Shown here: positions 13,134-25,061 of the stretch, piece after piece
Position numbering within the stretch: the first letter of the stretch is position 1
Layout of the letters: each line of letters starts with the position of its first letter
Assembly: GCF_963921235.1 (NCBI RefSeq)
Contig: NC_086097.1
Coordinates: 50,780,001 to 50,844,000, forward strand
Direction of reading: 5' to 3'
From: Mobula hypostoma
Lineage: Eukaryota
Length of the DNA stretch: 64,000 nt
The notes under the pieces: model-generated
Told to the model about the DNA's origin: nothing
The model's input: only the letters and a program-made list of their open reading frames with translations
Databases searched by the model: none
Position numbers and translations under genes: made by a program

Positions 13134-14074
13134 AGTTGTGAGAATGTTCTGTTAATACAAATATACAATCAGGTTGAAAAGTATCATACCATCATTTTTC
13201 TCAGGTTATTAAACTATAACCAATAGACCACATTTAGCCAGTTGAAAAAAAGTGCTTTTGAGAGGAAGGCTCCAATATCCTACAAGAAGTCCAAGGAGTG
13301 TGCACAGCAGACGAGGCCCTATTTTCACAGTCTATCACTCTACAGAGTGTTATCTGTAGAAGTGAACTGAGGAGAGTTTTACAAGGGAGAGGAGGACATG
13401 AAATGAGGAGCTGAGGAAATCAGCAGGAATTGGGGAAAAATGGAGGGGGAGTGGAAATGAGCAGTAACAATAGAACATTATGATGGAATTAACCAAAGGA
13501 TGGTGGATGCACCAGCAGTGTCTCGGGCTCATTAAAAAAAATTAAAATACCAAAGCCGGACTCAATTCTCCAGTACAAAGACGGTTCCAGTGTTCTTCTA
13601 CATATCATATGTACCGTCAATGATTATTTCAAATGTCCTGTACCGAATATTACTTGTCACTATCAACAAGTGATATTACTATTGGCATCCATACATCAGA
13701 GCACCACGTGTATGGAATTGTCAGTAAAGATTTTGTTTCATGGTCTACTGTAATGACTTGCAAATGCAAATGGTTAGGCAAATCTAGACGTTAGTAAAAT
13801 AAAATCAAAAATCTACAAGCATTGCAACTCTGAATTAAAAACAGAAAATTCAGCAGGCCAGGTATGAAAAGAGCACTTATTGTTTTTCATCTGAAACACT
13901 TCATCACAACATCAGCCAGAACTGTAAACATACAATTTCCTCCCTAAAATTCACCTTTATGAATTGAATGTGCTGTGTACTTTCAGGATTTTCTGATTTT
14001 ATTCCAAAGGTTTGTATTTTGCTTAAATCAATTCTTTTAAAAAAAACATAAGAAACCTTATCCTCCAGATATAC

Positions 14075-14187
14075 CAAGTTCCTTTTCCTTTTCCAGTACA
14101 ATGAATGTCAATTTAGGAAACCGCTGTATCAGTTCTCTAGCAGATGCCAGTCCAACGATTCCGCCTCCAACAATGGCCACATCATAA
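14075..14187 (-). CDS. L2HGDH: L2HGDH coding exon 2 (FAD-binding GxGxxG motif)
   Basis: Acceptor ttcccttttctag, donor G|gtatat, 113 nt. Reads (S)[37 protein letters not shown], matching the vertebrate L2HGDH N-terminal Rossmann motif. Confidence 0.96.
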
Positions 14188-14694
14188 CTAGAAAAGGGAA
14201 GTTCAATCATAAGCATAGATATCCAAATTTTCAGGCTATATTAGTTCAAAATAAAGGCTCAATAATAAGACAATTTTTTGTTACACTGATGTTATTTGAC
14301 TTAAATTTGCAATAATGACCCAGAATTTGCTGATGTGATGGTAATCACTATTACATCATGAAACAGACAGAAATTTCTGAAGTGGGATTAGATATGCAAA
14401 TCCATTGTTTATCTGACTTCTGTTGCTTTACGAGACATTATTTTGTATTGTTTTCCAGGATAATATTTAAGAATTAACAAGCTGACATGATCTTCTGGAT
14501 CTATCATGTTTCAGCCTGATGATTTTAATTAGAATTGTATTAGATACAAGTCAGAGAGGGAGGGACAGAGTGCCTGAAGGACAAATAGTATATGTTAAAT
14601 TCCCCTGCCTGGAGTGTTAGCTGCAGTTGCCATTAAGTTTTATTGGTGTACTAATCTATTATTAAAGATTAATCTCTCTCTGGTCCTAAAATAT

Positions 14695-16595
14695 TAGAAT
14701 CAGATTTATTATCGCCAGCATGTGACGTGAAATTTGTTAACTTAGCAGCAGCAGTTCAATGCAATACATAATCTAAGGGAGGGAGGGAGAGAGAGAGAGA
14801 AAATAAAACATAATAAATAAACAAGTAAATCAATAACATCAATTGAATAGATTATTTAAAAAATGTGCAAAAACAGAAATACTGTACTGTATATTAAAAA
14901 AAGTGAGGCAGTGTCCCAAGCTTCGAAGTCCATTCAGGAATCGGATGGCAGAGGGAAGAAGCTGTTCCTGAATCACTGAGTGTGTGCCTTCAGGCTTCTG
15001 TACCTCCTACCTGATGGAGACAGTGAGAAAAGGGCATGCCCTGGGTGCTGGAGGTCTTTAATAATGGATGCTGCCTTTCTGAGACACTGCTTCCTAAAGA
15101 TGTCCTGGGTACTTTGTAGACTAGTACCCAAGATAGAGCTGACTTCTGCAGCCTTCTGCAGCTTCTTTTGGTCCTGTGCAGTAGCCCCTCCATACCAGAC
15201 AGTGATGCAGCCTGTCAGAATGCTCTCCACTGTGCAACTATAGAAGTTTTTGAGCGTATTTGTTGACATGCCAAATCCCTTCAAACTCCTAATAAAGTAT
15301 AGCCGCTGTCTTGCCTTCTTTATGACAACATCAATATGCTGGGACCAGTTAGATCCTCAGAGATCTTGACACCCAGGAACTTGAAGCTGCTCACTCTCTC
15401 TACTCCTGATCCCTCTATGAGGATTGGTATGTGTTCCTTCGTCTTACCCTTCCTGAAGTCCACAATCAGCTCTTTTGTCTTACTATCATTGAGTGCCAGG
15501 TTGTTGCTACGGCACCATTCCACTAGTTGGCATATCTCACTCCTGTACGCCCATTAGATTGGATTTTTTTAGATTATGAGGACACTCAGTCCTCATTTAT
15601 TGTCATTTAGAGATGCATGCATTAAGAATTGATACAATGTTCCTCCAGAGTGATATCACAACAAAAACAGGACAAACTAAAGACTAACACTGACAAAACT
15701 GCATAATTATAACATATAGTTACAGCAGTGCAAAGCAATACCATAATTTGATAAACAGCAGACCATGGGCACAGTAAAAAAAACCCTCAAAGTTCCAATC
15801 GACTCCTGATAGCAGGTGGCAAAAGGGAGAAACTCTCCCTGCCATAAATCTCCAGGCGCTGACAACTGCAGATGCATTGGAAGCTCCTGACCACAGCCAA
15901 CTCTGAGTCCGTCCGAAAACTTCGAGCCTCCGACCAGCCCCTCCGATACAGCCTCCCGAGCACCATCCTCCGCTGAGCGCTTCGACCTCACCCTGGCTGT
16001 CGAGCAACAGGCAAAGCCAAGGACCTGGAGCCTTCTCCTCTGGAGATTCTGGATCACACAGTAGCAGCTGCAGCGAAGCAGGCCTTTCAGAAGTTTCTCC
16101 AGATGTTCCTCCGTGCTCTCATGTCTGTCTCCATCAAATCAGGATTGTGCACAGCACCCTACTTGACAGATAACAGATATCATTCACCGGAGTGGCCGCT
16201 GCGTTGCGCCGCCATCTTCTCCTCCTCACCACCTGAGATTCTACCAGCAAATTTGCCGATGGTGTTTGAGCTATGCCTAACCACACAGTCATGTGTATAC
16301 AGAGATTAGAGCAGTGGGCTAAGCACACACCTGAGGTGCGCCAGTGTTGATCGTCAACGAAGAGGATATGTTATCACAAATCCGCACAGACTGTGGTCTT
16401 CCGGTTAGGAAGTTGAGGATCCAATTACAGAGGGAGGTACAGAGGCTCAGGACTCAGGTTCTGCAACTTCTCAATTAGGATTGTGGGAATGATGGTATTA
16501 AATGCTGAGCTATGAACAGCATCCTGACGTAGGTGTTTGTGTTGTCTAGGTGGTCTAAAGCCATGTGAAGAGCCATGGAGATTGCGTGTGGACCA
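14695..16595 (-). mobile_element. Rex1/Babar-like LINE 3' portion with nested insertion
   Basis: ORFs 14973-15284 and 15320-15523 match the copy at 51630-52677. Interrupted at ~15553-16220. Confidence 0.8.
15553..16220 (-). mobile_element. Non-autonomous retroposon nested in the Rex1-like LINE
   Basis: Absent from the sister LINE copy at ~51790-51810. 5' end AAGATGGCGG; 3' end AATAAA, an 8-bp stem-loop and an (AATCT)-like tail. Confidence 0.7.
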
Positions 16596-18596
16596 TAACT
16601 GCCTCAAATGTGTATGCATTCTAAAACTAAATCCTTCATTTTGAACATTTATGAGGTCAACTAATACAATAGGTGTATATTCCAATCATTATGTTTCCTC
16701 TGAAAAACTGTAATTTACCTTTTGCCCTGTATATCTGTAAGAATTCTACGCTGTGATTACTGGATCAACCAATCTGACAATCTCACTGTCGCTAATTACC
16801 AAGATTCACTCAAAAGAAATGCCTGACAGCAATCAATGTCATAAAAAGTAAAGCCCAAATTACATGCCAACACTGGATCTTTCTTGGCTTCAAGTTATTG
16901 CATCACATTAATTTCAAAGTCAAGGCAAAAATTTGTCTCGAAACATACAAAAACATAGTGAAATCTTGACAACCAGTAAGATTGAGGAAACTATGATGCA
17001 AATGAGTTATGGCCATTATTTTCACCACACCAAAATTACCTCATTTTACTCCATATCTAAAGACCTCCGAGGAATGTGTCGTATTAAATTTGGTAAAATA
17101 TTGGATGAATATCTGACCAGTTCAAAATGACAATTTATATCTTTCTGAGCCCTTTGCATGTGGGGTCTGTATGTCTGTTAGTGAGGAACCTGTACAGATT
17201 AAACACTGTTTATGTCTGTAGAATGGATGAAGAGTTACAATGTCTAATTGATTTATAAGGGTATACTGAGCACTGTGCTAATTAACATATGTTGTTTGAA
17301 TGAAAGAAACCAGACTGAGGTAATAGCATGAGGAAAAAAAATTCAAAGAGTTTGTCTGTCTCTGTGTGTCTCTACCTTGTGAAGCTTGTAAATATATCGA
17401 ATCACCTTTCTTGGTTTCATTGAACTTCAACCAAGGGCTGGAAATCGCGATCCAGGGTTTCACAAGTGAGTCATAATTCAGAGTGATCAGCAATTCAGAC
17501 AAAAGTAATCATCAAGTGGTGACTAAGAATCGTGAACCTGAAACCTTTGTGACTTGTTATGTAGTATTTTGTATGGTTTATTTGTGCTTTCTATTTTATG
17601 ATAGTAAATTGGGCTTATTGTGCTTGTACGCTTATCACTACATCTCCTAGACACTCCAATTGTTTGGGTCTGATCAACTCAGCTCAGCCCACTACAAGGA
17701 ACCCAAACACAAATTAGGCAAAAACTTCAGGAGATCATTCTACAAACTCCTGCATCTTTCGAATAAATCTGTAGACTCAACAACTTCAAATGTTTCAAAC
17801 AATCAGCAATTTCTGCTTTTGAATTTCATATTTCCAGCAACCATTGCTTTTGGCCCTTTGGTTATTTTAGACTAGTATTCTATTGCATCACTTTAAATAC
17901 CCTAGATCTACCTGTCGTTATCCTCTAATCCACTTACCACCTTTAATCAGCATTTGCCATTTAATCTCTCGCGTTTTCTATCAAATAACATTGTATTTGT
18001 CTCACCGGCACTCTGTCCCTCCCTCTGTCATGGACCGCTAATCTCTACCATTCCGGTTAAAGTTCACCAGGCTGAAACATTAAATGGCTTTTCAATACAA
18101 ATCCTGCACATCCTGCCGAGTATTTCCAGCAGTATTTTACTTCTGTATTAATGTTTAGGAGATACTTAGGTGGCAGAAACGCCATTGAAACTAGTAGTAA
18201 AAGTTTTCATGTACCAATCAAACAAGTACTTTCCACCTGAAGCAAAAATGCTTCACAAATGCCGATCGCCTGACGTGCTGCTATAAATTAACTTCATCCA
18301 GGGGCAGCAACTTCCAAACTTTATAAAATTTGCGGTTCATATTAAATATAATCGTATCAATTACATTTGCACAGACGATCACGACACAGCTTGGCACGGA
18401 GCAGGTTCACTGGAAGCACCTTTTGACTTATCAGTTTAGCAACACCCACACCGACACGACAGGTCTCTGTCAGCCTCACACAGCAATACAGCCTGGCGAT
18501 GTGAGTTGCACCTCCGTATAACCTAGGTCACTCATCCCCAACATCGAACCCACATCACCCGAGACCGGCCAGCATTCTCCCAACTACATGACTTGC

Positions 18597-18691
18597 CTGA
18601 GCCTCTTTCGTGCGCCGTCACTCGTCCTGAACCCACTGAGTTGCCTGCAGAGTGGAAACCCAGCGCAAAGACCCCGAGCACCGCCAGCCAT
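18597..18691 (-). CDS. L2HGDH: L-2-hydroxyglutarate dehydrogenase, coding exon 1 (probable mitochondrial presequence)
   Basis: ATG at 18691 reads MAGGARGLCAGFPLCRQLSGFRTSDGARKRL+AG (95 nt, phase 2) and is Arg-rich. It ends at AG|GCAAGT, matches the phase of exon 2, and lies in the CpG-rich promoter region. Confidence 0.75.
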
Positions 18692-18830
18692 CGCCGAAAA
18701 CAACCGGCGCAGGCGCCGCCCCGTCACCTTTCACCCCGCGTCCGCCTGACCTGGAAATGCGCCTGCGCGGTAGCTGGAGCGGGTGGATGGCCCAGGTAGT
18801 CGGGGTTGTCCGCAAGGTCTCGCCATTACT
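18600..18830. promoter_or_regulatory. CpG-rich bidirectional promoter region of L2HGDH / DMAC2L
   Basis: GC/CpG-rich patch between divergent genes whose ATGs are at 18691(-) and 19105(+). NRF1-type motifs GCGCAGGCGC (18707-18716) and GCGCCTGCGC (18759-18768); GC box CCGCCC (18716-18721). Confidence 0.75.
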
Positions 18831-19104
18831 TTGCCAATCCCACAGAGACTGAACAGTTAAGGTTCCTATTGAACGTAACAGGACAAAATCTTGGCAATTT
18901 TCAAAACGTTGAGACAGACCAGCAGGGCAGACAGTTTCCGTGGGTAGAGAAACAGTTAAGGTGCCGGATCTGCGATCCTACGTTTAAAATGTGTTGTTGG
19001 AATGTTCTTGGCGTAACCCCCTAAATCTACTTCAAAATGTTATAATGAAAATCTGGTGGTACTGATGCACAATCATTTCTTTGTACACTAGAAAATCTAA
19101 CAAG

Positions 19105-19205
19105 ATGCTGTTTCCAAAGACGAAGCCTTTGAGCGTCGTACGGATCCTACATCCTCATATTACTAAGAGGAGTTTCTGGGAATGGCTGAATGCTGTTTTC
19201 AACAA
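19105..19205 (+). CDS. DMAC2L: DMAC2-like / ATP synthase subunit s (factor B), first coding exon
   Basis: Reads MLFPKTKPLSVVRILHPHITKRSFWEWLNAVFN+AA, donor gtaaga. The FWxWLNAVFNK motif is typical of ATP5S. Probable acceptor ctag ending at 19091. Confidence 0.9.
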
Positions 19206-19286
19206 GTAAGATGAAAATTGAATATAATTCCAGGTTGAAATGTTGTAAGTGATGTGTATAATAAGAGGACATTTCCTTTCAATTAG

Positions 19287-19495
19287 GGTGGATTATGATC
19301 GTATCAAGGCCGTTGGTCCAAACAGAGCAGCATCTGAGTGGTTACTTCGATGTGGTGCCAGTGTGCGATACAAAGGTTTTGACAAGTGGCAGAAAGATTA
19401 CAATCACTTACCCACTGGTCCATTAGAAAAATTCAAAATTGAAGCAATTGATGCCACCGAATCATGCATTATGTTCAAAGGATTTGATTACCTCG
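19287..19495 (+). CDS. DMAC2L: DMAC2L coding exon 2
   Basis: Follows an 81-nt GT-AG intron; 209 nt. Reads VDYDRIKAVGPNRAASEWLLRCGASVRYKGFDKWQKDYNHLPTGPLEKFKIEAIDATESCIMFKGFDYL, donor G|gtattg. Confidence 0.97.
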
Positions 19496-20952
19496 GTATT
19501 GTATTAGATTGTTTTCAATAATTGTTCTAAATGCTTAAGAACAGATTGTTGAAATATTGAATAAAAGAGTATTATTAACATCATTTTTATTATATGCAAA
19601 AAAAAACAAAGATCAACTACTCAGTTTGGCACATAACTTTTCTCCATTATAAATTGTTTCATCATATTTATATTGCATAGTATGTGTAAACCAGTCAGGC
19701 TATAATTAAGTCGACCCTGGGAGACAGTGTTAGACTAATTTAGGATAGTGCATATTAGCCCAATTAATAACTTGTTCACTAATCCTGTAGGGGAAGAGAA
19801 GGTTCACGATGTAACAGCCAGGATCTCCTGGTGACCACCAATTTCAATTCCACGTCTCATTCCCACACCGACATGACCCTCTGCCACTATGAGGCGAGGC
19901 GCAGATTGAAGGAGTAACAATTCATATTATGTTTTAGTAGTCTCCAACCTGATGGCATGAACAACTTCAATTTTCCCACTTCTGGTAACTGCTCCCTCTG
20001 TTTTCCTTGTTCTCCCCGCCCCGCCCCGCCCCGCCCTTGTTTTCCTTCACTCTGGTGGCCCTCTTACCCCTTCTCTTCCCCTCCTCTGCCCACATTTTTT
20101 ATACTGTAAAACTGGTCCACCTAATTAAGTTTTGCATTTTGCAAGTATACTGAGTGAACCTGAAATCTTTCAATATCTTTATAATATCAACGATTAGTAA
20201 AAAAAAATTAAATCACTTTTTTTTAAAAAGTGGCATTCATAAGCTACCAAATAATAGGCAGTATTGAACAAATTATTTTAATTTTTTATGGTTTATGGCA
20301 CCATATGAGGACATGAGTTACTTTGCAATATTTATTTAAACTTTCACTTGCTGGATTGAAGGTTATCACATTTATTTGTTTGCAAATGCATTTGTTTCAC
20401 CTGATATCTAGTTGATCACATTATGTTTGCCTTTTTCTGTTTTGGGTAAACTCAGGCCCTGCTGTGTTTCATATATTCCCATACCTGTTCCCCATATTCT
20501 GGTCTAAATTTGAATTTGTGCCCAGCTATTTCAGTTGTGTTGTTTGAATGCCATAGAGTGCAAGTTAGTTGCTAATTATTGTCAAAGGTTAAAAATCAGC
20601 AATGACAATGTTTTATTCCTGGTGGAGTACTTCACTGAGCAAAGTGATTATTCACTTCCTACCTCCTAGCGGTTCACCCCGTCAAATAAATTCTTCCTCA
20701 TTTACTAGCCTATGATAAACCTCAGCCTTTTGTTTTTCTCCCCAAATGATATCTGGATGAACCTGTGTTCTGAATTGGCCTCAACTGCTTTCCAGTTCAT
20801 CTGTGAAATCCAGCTAGTACCTGACGAAGGGTCTCGGCCCGAATCGTCGACTGTACCTCTTCCTAGAGATGCTGCCTGGCCTGCTGCGTTCACCAGCAAA
20901 TTTGACGTGTGTTGCTGGAATTTCCAGCATCTGCAGAACTCCTCGTGTTTAC

Positions 20953-21187
20953 TTTATTCATCTGTGTAGCCCAGCTAGTACTCTAATCATCTGTGTAGCC
21001 CAGCTAGTACTCTATTCATCTGCGTAGCCCAGCTAGTACTCTATTCATCTGCGTAGCCCAGCTAGTACTCTATTCAACTGCGTAGCCCAGCTAGTACTCT
21101 ATTCATCTGTGAAGCCCAGCGAGTACTCTATTCATCTGTGAAGCCCAGCTAGTACTCTATTCATCTGTGAAGTCTAGCTAGTACTCT
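20953..21187. repeat. 29-bp minisatellite, 8 copies
   Basis: Unit TCTATTCATCTG(T/C)G(T/A)AGCCCAGCTAGTAC repeated head-to-tail without spacers. A degenerate unit lies at ~20796-20820. Confidence 0.97.
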
Positions 21188-21667
21188 GTTGACTGTGTTG
21201 AGGCTGACCATTTGCTTTCTGCTTTTCGCCATTTTTTTCTGTTTTTCTGAGCTTTTTACTGATGTGATGTGACAGGCTAATGAAAAAGAGGGCACTGGTA
21301 CCCTAAGAAAGGAATAGTTTAAGAGTCCACAAAACGAGGGAGAACAATAGTGTGAACAAAGCAGGAGAATAAATGAGTAATCTGAGAGGTAAACAAGCAG
21401 GACAAGAAAGGCAAACATGGAAAAAATGCATAGAATGAGTGTTTAATGTTATTTGGCTGGAAATGGGAGAACTTGTTTGCAAAATAATTGGCCTTTAAAT
21501 TGTTCCTGCTAATACTTACGGATTTTTCTTTAATAATTTCCAAAAAAGCATTGTTTTTATTTCAATTATTTACTTCTCACTTTGCTCAAGAGACAGTGAT
21601 TATTACTTAGATCTATTAGCTTCGTAAACATTTATTTACTGATCTAAAAAAAATCATTATTTTTAGC

Positions 21668-22352
21668 TACACACACAAAATGCTGGAGGAACTCAGCAGG
21701 CCAGGCAGCATCTATGGAAAAAGTACAGTCACTTTCAGGCCAAAGAGTAGATTTAAAAGGTAGGGGGAGGGGAGAGAGAAAGATAGGTGGTAGGGGAAAC
21801 CTGGCGAGGGAGGGATAAAGTAGAGCTGGGAAGGTGATTGGTGAAAGACACAGAAGGCTATGGAAGAAAGAAATGGGGAGAGGAGCAGTAGAGGGAGGCA
21901 GTGGGCGGGCAAGGAGATAAAGTGAGAGATGGAAAGGGGGCTTGGAGTTGGTGAGGGGTGGCGGGGGGTGGTGTCATTACCGAAAGTTTGAGAAATAGAT
22001 GTTCATACCATCAGGTTGGAGGCTACCCAAACGGAATACAAGGTGTTGTTCCTCCAACTTAAGTGTGGCCTCATCACAACAGTGGGGGAGGCCATGGATA
22101 AACTTATCAGAATGGGAATGGGAAGTGGAATTAAAATAGGTGGCCACTAGGAGATCCTGCTTTTTCTAGTGGACCGAGTGTCGGTGCGAAGCAGTCTCCC
22201 AATCTGTGTTGGGTCTCACCGATATACAGGAGGCCACAACGGGAGGACTGAACACAGTAAATGACTCCAACAGACTCACAGGTGAAGTATTGCCTCACCT
22301 GGAAGGACTGTTTGAGGCCCTGAATGGTAACAAGGGAGGAGGTGTAGGGACA
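21668..22352 (-). mobile_element. Penelope-like element fragment (GIY-YIG tail plus 3' region)
   Basis: Homologous to 41111-41900 (CCATCAGGTTGGAGGCTACCC, CACAGGTGAAGTATTGCCTCACCTGGAAGGACTGTTTG). Confidence 0.85.
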
Positions 22353-23107
22353 GATATTCCGCTAACACTTATTCTGCTAGCTATGCCTTCTACGTTCTTA
22401 CACTTGCTTAATAGTTGCCAAAATTTTAGTGTCTCCAAATGTTGTTTAGAGCTTTGACTATGTCAAAACCAGTATTTGGAGTTTGGCCAGCTATCCTAAG
22501 CTACTTTGAAAATAATAGAGGGCCTTCCATTTACAATAAATCCTTGTCCAAACCCTAGCTGTCCTTTCAGAATACCATCACCCTAATCCTTGTGGAGTTT
22601 AAATCGCCAGTGTTTTCAGTCTAATCCATTTCATTTGATCTGCACTTCAGCTGTCCCAGGTATTCCCCCACTGTTTATCCATTCAATGTCACAATTCAAA
22701 TGGTTCCTGCACACTCTTTAACCCATTCTTGTCAACATAATTGTTTCCAGTCCCTCGCTTTCCCAAAATTGTTTAATTCCTCAAGTTTAACACTTAACGT
22801 CCCGATTTCTCCATCCAGCCCTTAAATTTCACCTCTCCTGCATTGCTTATTTCTGCTTCTGTGCCAATATCCCTTCTTCATTTTACATCATCTTCTGAGT
22901 TACAGCCCCTTTCCCGCCCTTATTGTCAGAGCCAGCATTCAGTTTTGATGTTTTTAAATGAGATAAAAAGTGATGTAAATCTGTTATTTTAAAATCTATC
23001 ATTGTGATTAAAATATATTGACTGTGAAGATAGATATAAATATATATATTTGTCAGGAAACAGGTTAATAATCTTCATATATTCTTCGTTGGTACATTTT
23101 GTTGCAG

Positions 23108-23279
23108 ATAATCTAGAACATATTGAAGAAATTAAGTTCCAGAGGTGTATATATATTCAGGATGAATGTCTTGAGCGACTATGCAGGATAGAAAATTTGC
23201 AAAGAAGCCTGCAACGGCTGGAAATAATTTCCTGTGGAAATGTCACAGACCGTGGAATCCTAAGTCTTTACCATCTTAA
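23108..23279 (+). CDS. DMAC2L: DMAC2L coding exon 3 (leucine-rich repeats)
   Basis: Acceptor ttttgttgcag, donor AA|gtaagt, 172 nt. Reads (D)NLEHIEEIKFQRCIYIQDECLERLCRIENLQRSLQRLEIISCGNVTDRGILSLYHL. Confidence 0.96.
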
Positions 23280-23329
23280 GTAAGTATTTTGTGAAATTGC
23301 AACACTGATATGGGGAATAGTGACACTCA

Positions 23330-24120
23330 CCACTCTTTGCTTTCCACGGAGATCTCTCCCTTTGTGACTCACTGGTCCATTCGTCCCTCCAATTACTCCC
23401 TCCTGGCACCTATCACAAGTGACAGAAATGCTACACCTTCCCATTCACCTCCTCCCTTACCTCCATTCAGGACTCCAAACAATCCTCACAGTTAAGAGCA
23501 CATTTCACCTGCAAATCTTTTGGGGTTGTCTATTATATTAGGTACTCCCAATGCAGCCTCCGTGAGACTTGACGTAAATTGAGGACTGCTTTGCCAACAC
23601 CTCCACTTCATCCTCCAAAATTGTTATTTCCTGGTGGCCAACAATTTTAATTCCTATTGCTGTTCCCGTTCCAGTATGTTGGTCCACTGCCACGATGAGC
23701 CCACTCAGGGTGGAGGGGAATTGGTAGCCTCCAACCTGATGGCATAAATGTCATTTTCTCCTTCTGGTAATTTTTTTTTCTTTTTTTCCCCTCTTCCTTC
23801 CCTTCTGTTCTTCACTCTGGTCTCTTACCTCTTTTCCTCACCTGCCTATCATCTCCCCATGATGTTCCTTCTTCTTCCCTTTTTCCATGGTCTACTATCC
23901 ACTCCTATTAGATTCCTTCTTCTCCAGCCCATACCTTTTTCACCCACCTGGCTTCACCTATCACTTTCTATCTAGTCCTGCTTCTACCCCTGCTCCACCT
24001 TTTTATTCTGTCATCTTCCCCCTTTCTTTCCAATCTGAAGAAGAGACTCTGCTCAAAATGTTGATTTCCATAGATGGTGCCCAACCTGATAAGTTCCTCC
24101 GGCATTTTGTGTGTGTTGCA
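23330..24120 (+). mobile_element. Penelope-like element fragment (degenerate)
   Basis: Same family in the opposite orientation (GGTAGCCTCCAACCTGATGGCAT, TTCACCTGCAAATC). Confidence 0.8.
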
Positions 24121-24723
24121 TAGTGACATTAAAATGTATTTGGCAAACTTTTGTCGTGTTTTAGTTACAAGACAAATTAGACCAGTTCTGTAACTACATG
24201 AGAAGACATGTCCCTTGATCATTACTATTTAGTGAGCAAATCAACCAAGTACCCTTGTGGCTGTTCCCCTCAATAGCAAGTATGCTGCTTTGGATGTACT
24301 GTTGGGGGGGGGGGGCGCAGTGGGGAGGATACAACTTAGCGGGGAAAGGTGCAGGGTCCGGGTCTCTGACACTGAGTCTGGCTCTGTAGCTCAGAGGGAA
24401 GGAGGGGGAAGAGGAGTGCAGTAGTGATCTGGGATTCCATTGTTAGAGGAGCAGAGAGGAGATTCTGTGGCTGTGAAAGAGACACCTGGATGGTATGTTG
24501 ACTCACAGGTGCCAGGATCAGGGACCTCTCAGATCAAGTCCACGGTATTCTAAAGGGCGGGGGGAGAAGGTGGTGATCAACCAGAAATTGTGGTACATAT
24601 TGGTACCAACGACATAGGTAACAAAAGATCCTGAAGAGAGAATATAGGTAGTTAGGTAGAAAGGTGAAAAGTAGTGCCTGAAGGGTAGTGATCTCTGGAT
24701 TGCTGCCTGTGCTATGCACGAGT

Positions 24724-25061
24724 TGAGGAATTATATGCAGAACTAAAAGGACTAGAACCTAACTGACTTATTGGCAGCTTGACAAGTCGTGATGTGAGAA
24801 TAACATATGAATAAAGAAGTGTTTGTTCCATAAGAAGCTTCTCGGTCTACCCTTATCTGTATGTGATAATAATGTATATCAGCAGCTCCAAACAGTATTC
24901 TGGGCTCACTTGGCTGCAGATTTTTTCAAGCTCGGTGAGCAGAGATTCTGTGTTGCCAACTGAGAACACAAGCTTGCTGATAAACAGTACGTACTTTTAA
25001 GTAAACTGTGTTTGACAGTTATTCCTTGGGTCTGAACCTAAAGTCGTCTGGTAGAGAGGCA
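24724..25061 (+). mobile_element. Putative solo LTR nested in CR1
   Basis: 338-bp non-CR1 block with TG...CA ends and 4-bp flanks GAGT/GATT. AGTAAA at 25000-25005. Confidence 0.5.

Noticed and set aside
20953..21187. 29-bp repeats as a CRISPR array
   Set aside because: The units are contiguous with no unique spacers, there are no cas genes, and the context is a vertebrate intron.
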